Assembly: GCA_043812655.1 (NCBI GenBank)
Contig: JBDRLW010000044.1
Coordinates: forward strand, 1 to 64,000
Direction of reading: 5' to 3'
Origin: a bacterium
GTDB taxonomy: Bacteria; Margulisbacteria; WOR-1; O2-12-FULL-45-9; XYB2-FULL-48-7
DNA: 64,000 bases
The position numbers were made by a program, and so were the translations under genes. Positions 60,528 to 64,000 of this stretch are shown piece by piece (positions within the stretch are counted from its first letter, which is position 1; each line of letters begins with the position of its first letter). The notes under the pieces were generated by a model. It was not told the origin of the DNA. It saw only the letters and a list, made by a program, of their open reading frames with translations, and searched no databases.

Positions 60528-61478
60528 ATGAGCATGAATAAGGTCAAAGGGTTAAAGTCAAAAGACCTCCTCGGCCTCAAGGACCTGGATCTCGAGGAAA
60601 TAAAGCTCATTCTCCGCACTGCCCGCTCGATGAAAGAAGTGCTTAAAAGACCGATCCCCAAAGTCCCCACTTTACTTGGCAAACACATTATCACGCTCTT
60701 CTATGAACCATCGACTAGAACAAGAACCTCGTTCAATACCGCCGCTAAAGTCGTCTCGGCCAATGTCACCAACGTTGCCGTCTCTTCCTCTAGCGTTGCT
60801 AAAGGTGAAAACTTAATTGATACAGTTAAGAACCTGGAGGTAATGGGGCTCGATTGCATCGTTATCCGCCACAGCATGGGAGGAGCTCCTCACCTGGCCG
60901 CTAAAAACTGCCAGGCCTCGGTTATTAACGCCGGCGACGGTTATAATGAACACCCCACTCAAGGCTTGCTTGACATCTTCACCATGATCGAAAAACGCGG
61001 CACAGTTAGAGGGAAAAAGGTCGTGATCGTCGGGGATATCGCCCATTCACGCGTTGCCAGGTCAAATATCTGGGGGCTAAAAAAACTTAACGCCGAAGTC
61101 GTTGTCGTCGGCCCGCCAACGCTCATGCCCAAAGAGATCGAGAAAATGGGGGTCAGGGTCTCATACAAACTTGATGAAGAAATCGAAGATGCCGATTTTA
61201 TTAATATGCTTAGGATCCAGAAAGAGCGGATGGAAAAAGGCCTCTTTCCCTCGATCGAAGAATACGCCGAGCTCTACGGGTTAAATGGGGACCGGATGAA
61301 AAAAGCTAAAAACGATGTCGTCGTCATGCATCCCGGACCGATCAATCGCGGCGTGGAAATCTCCTCCGAAGTCGCCGACGGGCCAAACAACGTGATCCTT
61401 GACCAAGTAACCAACGGGGTCGCTGTCCGGACCGCTGTCTTACTGCTTCTCTTGAGCGGAAAATCTAGTTCTCAATAA
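60528..61478 (+). CDS. pyrB: Aspartate carbamoyltransferase catalytic subunit
   Basis: FYEPSTRTRTSF, HPTQ, HSRVARSN, HPGP.NRG. Confidence 0.98.
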   Translation: MSMNKVKGLKSKDLLGLKDLDLEEIKLILRTARSMKEVLKRPIPKVPTLLGKHIITLFYEPSTRTRTSFNTAAKVVSANVTNVAVSSSSVAKGENLIDTVKNLEVMGLDCIVIRHSMGGAPHLAAKNCQASVINAGDGYNEHPTQGLLDIFTMIEKRGTVRGKKVVIVGDIAHSRVARSNIWGLKKLNAEVVVVGPPTLMPKEIEKMGVRVSYKLDEEIEDADFINMLRIQKERMEKGLFPSIEEYAELYGLNGDRMKKAKNDVVVMHPGPINRGVEISSEVADGPNNVILDQVTNGVAVRTAVLLLLLSGKSSSQ

Positions 61479-62793
61479 TCCCTTTTCCTTTATGGACTAC
61501 GGCTAACTCTTCTTTCATTTCTCCAAGATTTTTGCCAGCCAAGGGATATAAGAACATGATAAGAAAGCTGACCAAGAGGGCAGCAATTGGCAAGGCGGCG
61601 ATCAAAACCCTGACGCCGGAAATAAAATCGGCCGGCTGGGTGTAAACATAAGGGTTATAACCAGACGCCATAAAAACCCAGCTGATGCAAAAAGTCTCCA
61701 TCCCGATCGCGAAGCGGGTAATAAAAGCGTTCATCCCGTAAAACATCCCCTCCCGCCTTTCCCCTGTTTTAATTTCGTCTTCATCAATTACGTCAGCGAT
61801 CAAAAGGTCGACCACTAAAATAAGCCCGGCTAACCCGGCGCCAAGCAAGCTTGAAACCAACAGTATTTTATTAAATTCTGAAACGACAAGCAGCGGGACC
61901 AAGGCGACGATCACTACTACCATGGCAGACAAAAAGCATTTTTTCGCCCCAAAAAGGAGGGCGATTTTTTGCCAGACAAAAAGCATTGGGATCACTGTTA
62001 AAAACGCGATCGCTAAAATATAAGTAATACTTACGGAAGGCACAGCTAAGACATATTTAGCGAAAAACGGGATCATTGCTAAAACCATGGTAAAAGAGAA
62101 CTGGATAAAAAGATTGGCCAAGACCAAAGTCATGAAGGAACGATTTTCCAGTGTCGCTCTTAGCGCTTGTGGAAAACGAAGCCTTTTATCTTTGGCTAGT
62201 TCCGGCCGCTCATGGCTCCCAAGGATCGCAATAAATAAGGTTAAAAAGATTATGCTTCCTAAGATACCCCCCATCCATCCCCAACCCAAGGAGCTATAGA
62301 TCAATGGGGGAATAACTACGCCGATCAAAAGACCAAAGATCCCTAAGCTTTGGCGGAAAGCGTTAACGCTGGCCCGTTCTTTAAGGCTAAAAAACATTTC
62401 AGGAAATAAGGCCGCCCAATTTAAATTGACGATTGAGTACAAAGCGTCAAAAATAAAGATCACTGCCAAAAAATAGGCAAAAAGTTGGACTTCCTGGTTA
62501 ATTCCGTTAAACGGTGGTGTCCAGATCAAGCAATAAACGATGACAAGGGGAAGGGCGCCAAAGATCAAGTATGGGATCCGGCGTCCAAAGTGTGACCTGG
62601 TATTATCAGAAAGAAAACCAATGATCGGGTCATTAACCGCGTTCCAAAAAGCAAAAATAAGCATCCCGACCCCGGCATAATAAACCGGCAGCTTCATCAC
62701 GTCAACATAGAAAAAGATGACAAAAACCGAAAAAGACTGATAAGCAATCGCGCTTGAGGCCGCTCCAAAACTATAGGCGATCTTCTTTAGCAC
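61465..62793 (-). CDS. MFS glycoside-pentoside-hexuronide (MelB-like) transporter
   Basis: NDP.IG.LSD.TRS.FGRR.PY, ADVID.DE..TG.RREG. Confidence 0.9.
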   Translation of the reverse strand: MLKKIAYSFGAASSAIAYQSFSVFVIFFYVDVMKLPVYYAGVGMLIFAFWNAVNDPIIGFLSDNTRSHFGRRIPYLIFGALPLVIVYCLIWTPPFNGINQEVQLFAYFLAVIFIFDALYSIVNLNWAALFPEMFFSLKERASVNAFRQSLGIFGLLIGVVIPPLIYSSLGWGWMGGILGSIIFLTLFIAILGSHERPELAKDKRLRFPQALRATLENRSFMTLVLANLFIQFSFTMVLAMIPFFAKYVLAVPSVSITYILAIAFLTVIPMLFVWQKIALLFGAKKCFLSAMVVVIVALVPLLVVSEFNKILLVSSLLGAGLAGLILVVDLLIADVIDEDEIKTGERREGMFYGMNAFITRFAIGMETFCISWVFMASGYNPYVYTQPADFISGVRVLIAALPIAALLVSFLIMFLYPLAGKNLGEMKEELAVVHKGKGIIEN

Positions 62794-62801
62794 AATAAAA
62801 A

Positions 62802-62975
62802 CTAAATGTTGATCGCTTCAACCGGGCAGGCGCTAGCAACTTCTTCCAAGTTATGGGTGCCGCATTCTTGTTTGGTCGCCTGGGCTTTACCATCTTCGAT
62901 CATCACAAAAACTTCAGGACACATATCAACACAAACGCCGCAACCGATGCAAAGTGCTTGGTCAACAGATACCAT
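62802..62975 (-). CDS. Single-cluster [4Fe-4S] ferredoxin (57 aa, not in ORF track)
   Basis: Hand translation MVSVDQALCIGCGVCVDMCPEVF...SACPVEAINI; SD aaggggg. Confidence 0.95.
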   Translation of the reverse strand: MVSVDQALCIGCGVCVDMCPEVFVMIEDGKAQATKQECGTHNLEEVASACPVEAINI

Positions 62976-63015
62976 TAGTGAGTCCCCCTTTCATTTTAAT
63001 ATTGAAATTATACTA

Positions 63016-63690
63016 CTAACCGCGCTTTTTCGGAAGATGTTTTATGACTTTCCCTTCAACCATATAGACTACATCTTCGGCAATATTGGTAGCGTGGTCG
63101 GCGATCCGCTCCAAGTGGCGGGAAATAATGATAAGAGGGAGCGCTCGATTAGTTGTTGAAGCATCTTTATTCATGATCTCCGTTAATTCATCATAAATAA
63201 GGTCTCGATAGCTATCGACTTTATTTTCATCTGCCCACAGAGAGGCCGCGATAGTAGCGTCCCGTCTAACAAAAGAGTCTAGCGCGGTGTGGACCATTTT
63301 TTCGGCCAGTTCAGCCATTTTCGGAATATCGACCAGCGGTTTAAGCAGTGGCAGCGAAGAAAGTTCGATCGCCCGCTGGGCGATATCGACCGACAGGTCT
63401 CCAATGCGTTCCAGGTCAGAACCGATCCTCATCCCGGTCGTGATAAAGCGCAAGTCGATCGCCATCGGCTGCTGCGTCGCCAAAAGCTCGAGACAAATGT
63501 CATCTATTTTAAGTTCAATATCATCGATCGCGTCATCTGATTCAATGATCGCCTTAGCTAGGCCGGCGTCGGCTTTTTTTAACGCTTCGACTGAACTAAA
63601 TATGCTTTTCTCTACCATCCCGCCCATCTTCAAGATCAAGTCGTTCAACTTCGCCAACTCTTTTTGAAAATGCTCTCTGCCGTCTATCAT
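63016..63690 (-). CDS. phoU: Phosphate signalling protein PhoU
   Basis: QQP.A.DLR, DLERIGD, LERIADHATNIAE. Confidence 0.97.
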   Translation of the reverse strand: MIDGREHFQKELAKLNDLILKMGGMVEKSIFSSVEALKKADAGLAKAIIESDDAIDDIELKIDDICLELLATQQPMAIDLRFITTGMRIGSDLERIGDLSVDIAQRAIELSSLPLLKPLVDIPKMAELAEKMVHTALDSFVRRDATIAASLWADENKVDSYRDLIYDELTEIMNKDASTTNRALPLIIISRHLERIADHATNIAEDVVYMVEGKVIKHLPKKRG

Positions 63691-63691
63691 A

Positions 63692-64000
63692 TTAACCAAA
63701 CCTCCCTGTTATATAATCTTCCGTCTTTTTTTCGCGCGGGGTGGTGAAAAGCTGCTTGGTCTCGCCTTTTTCCACCAACTCGCCGAGAAGCATAAAACCG
63801 CAATCGTCGGATATCCTGGCTGCCTGCTGCATATTATGCGTCACGATGATGATAGTATACTGTTTTTTTAGCTGGGTCATCAACTCTTCGATCTTCATTG
63901 TCGCCAACGGATCAAGCGTCGAGCACGGTTCATCCATCAATAAAACCTCCGGCAAAACTGAAAGCAGCCTAGCAATACAAAGCCTTTGCTGCTGCTCCAG
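63692..64000 (-). CDS. pstB: Phosphate ABC transporter ATPase, 3' part (runs off window)
   Basis: [32 protein letters not shown]. Confidence 0.93.
   Translation of the reverse strand: MEQQQRLCIARLLSVLPEVLLMDEPCSTLDPLATMKIEELMTQLKKQYTIIIVTHNMQQAARISDDCGFMLLGELVEKGETKQLFTTPREKKTEDYITGRFG

Noticed and set aside
62806..63159. 117-aa plus-strand ORF
   Set aside because: Antisense to the ferredoxin and the phoU 3' end.

Overview
Gene-dense bacterial chromosomal segment with about 65 CDS and one tRNA-Gln(TTG). I found no rRNA, CRISPR array, prophage or transposase. It is mostly shuffled housekeeping genes: gpsA-plsY, efp-accB, ddl-ftsQ-ftsZ without ftsA, ileS, ahcY-lspA-lgt, rluD, speD/DHS-like/speB, rpsA-pyrF-queF, trpBA, clpC, leuS, rplU-rpmA-proB, glmS, ackA, pyrB and phoU-pstB. 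It also holds a beta-glucan phosphorylase cluster (GH161, GH42, GH94, sugar-binding protein), two MNT-HEPN toxin-antitoxin pairs and an AT-rich AbiV islet. Gene order suggests a non-photosynthetic relative of Cyanobacteria such as Saganbacteria/Margulisbacteria; this is inference only. The most striking signals lie below the gene level. (1) About 15 degenerate 7-nt tandem-repeat tracts sit in frame inside conserved enzymes (IleS, LeuS, RluD, TrpA, a radical SAM protein, GH42) and often appear to replace native residues. (2) Several REP-like palindrome families are present; one occurs both beside a GIY-YIG nuclease gene at the tRNA 3' end and in frame in leuS. (3) A TGAAAT-N16-CGAT sigma28/sigmaD-like motif precedes orphan genes and a candidate ~70-nt sRNA. 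(4) Many gene starts look leaderless. (5) EF-P lacks the PGKG loop. Two small genes absent from the ORF track (a tautomerase and a ferredoxin) were found by hand. All family calls come from recalled motifs; no database search was run.
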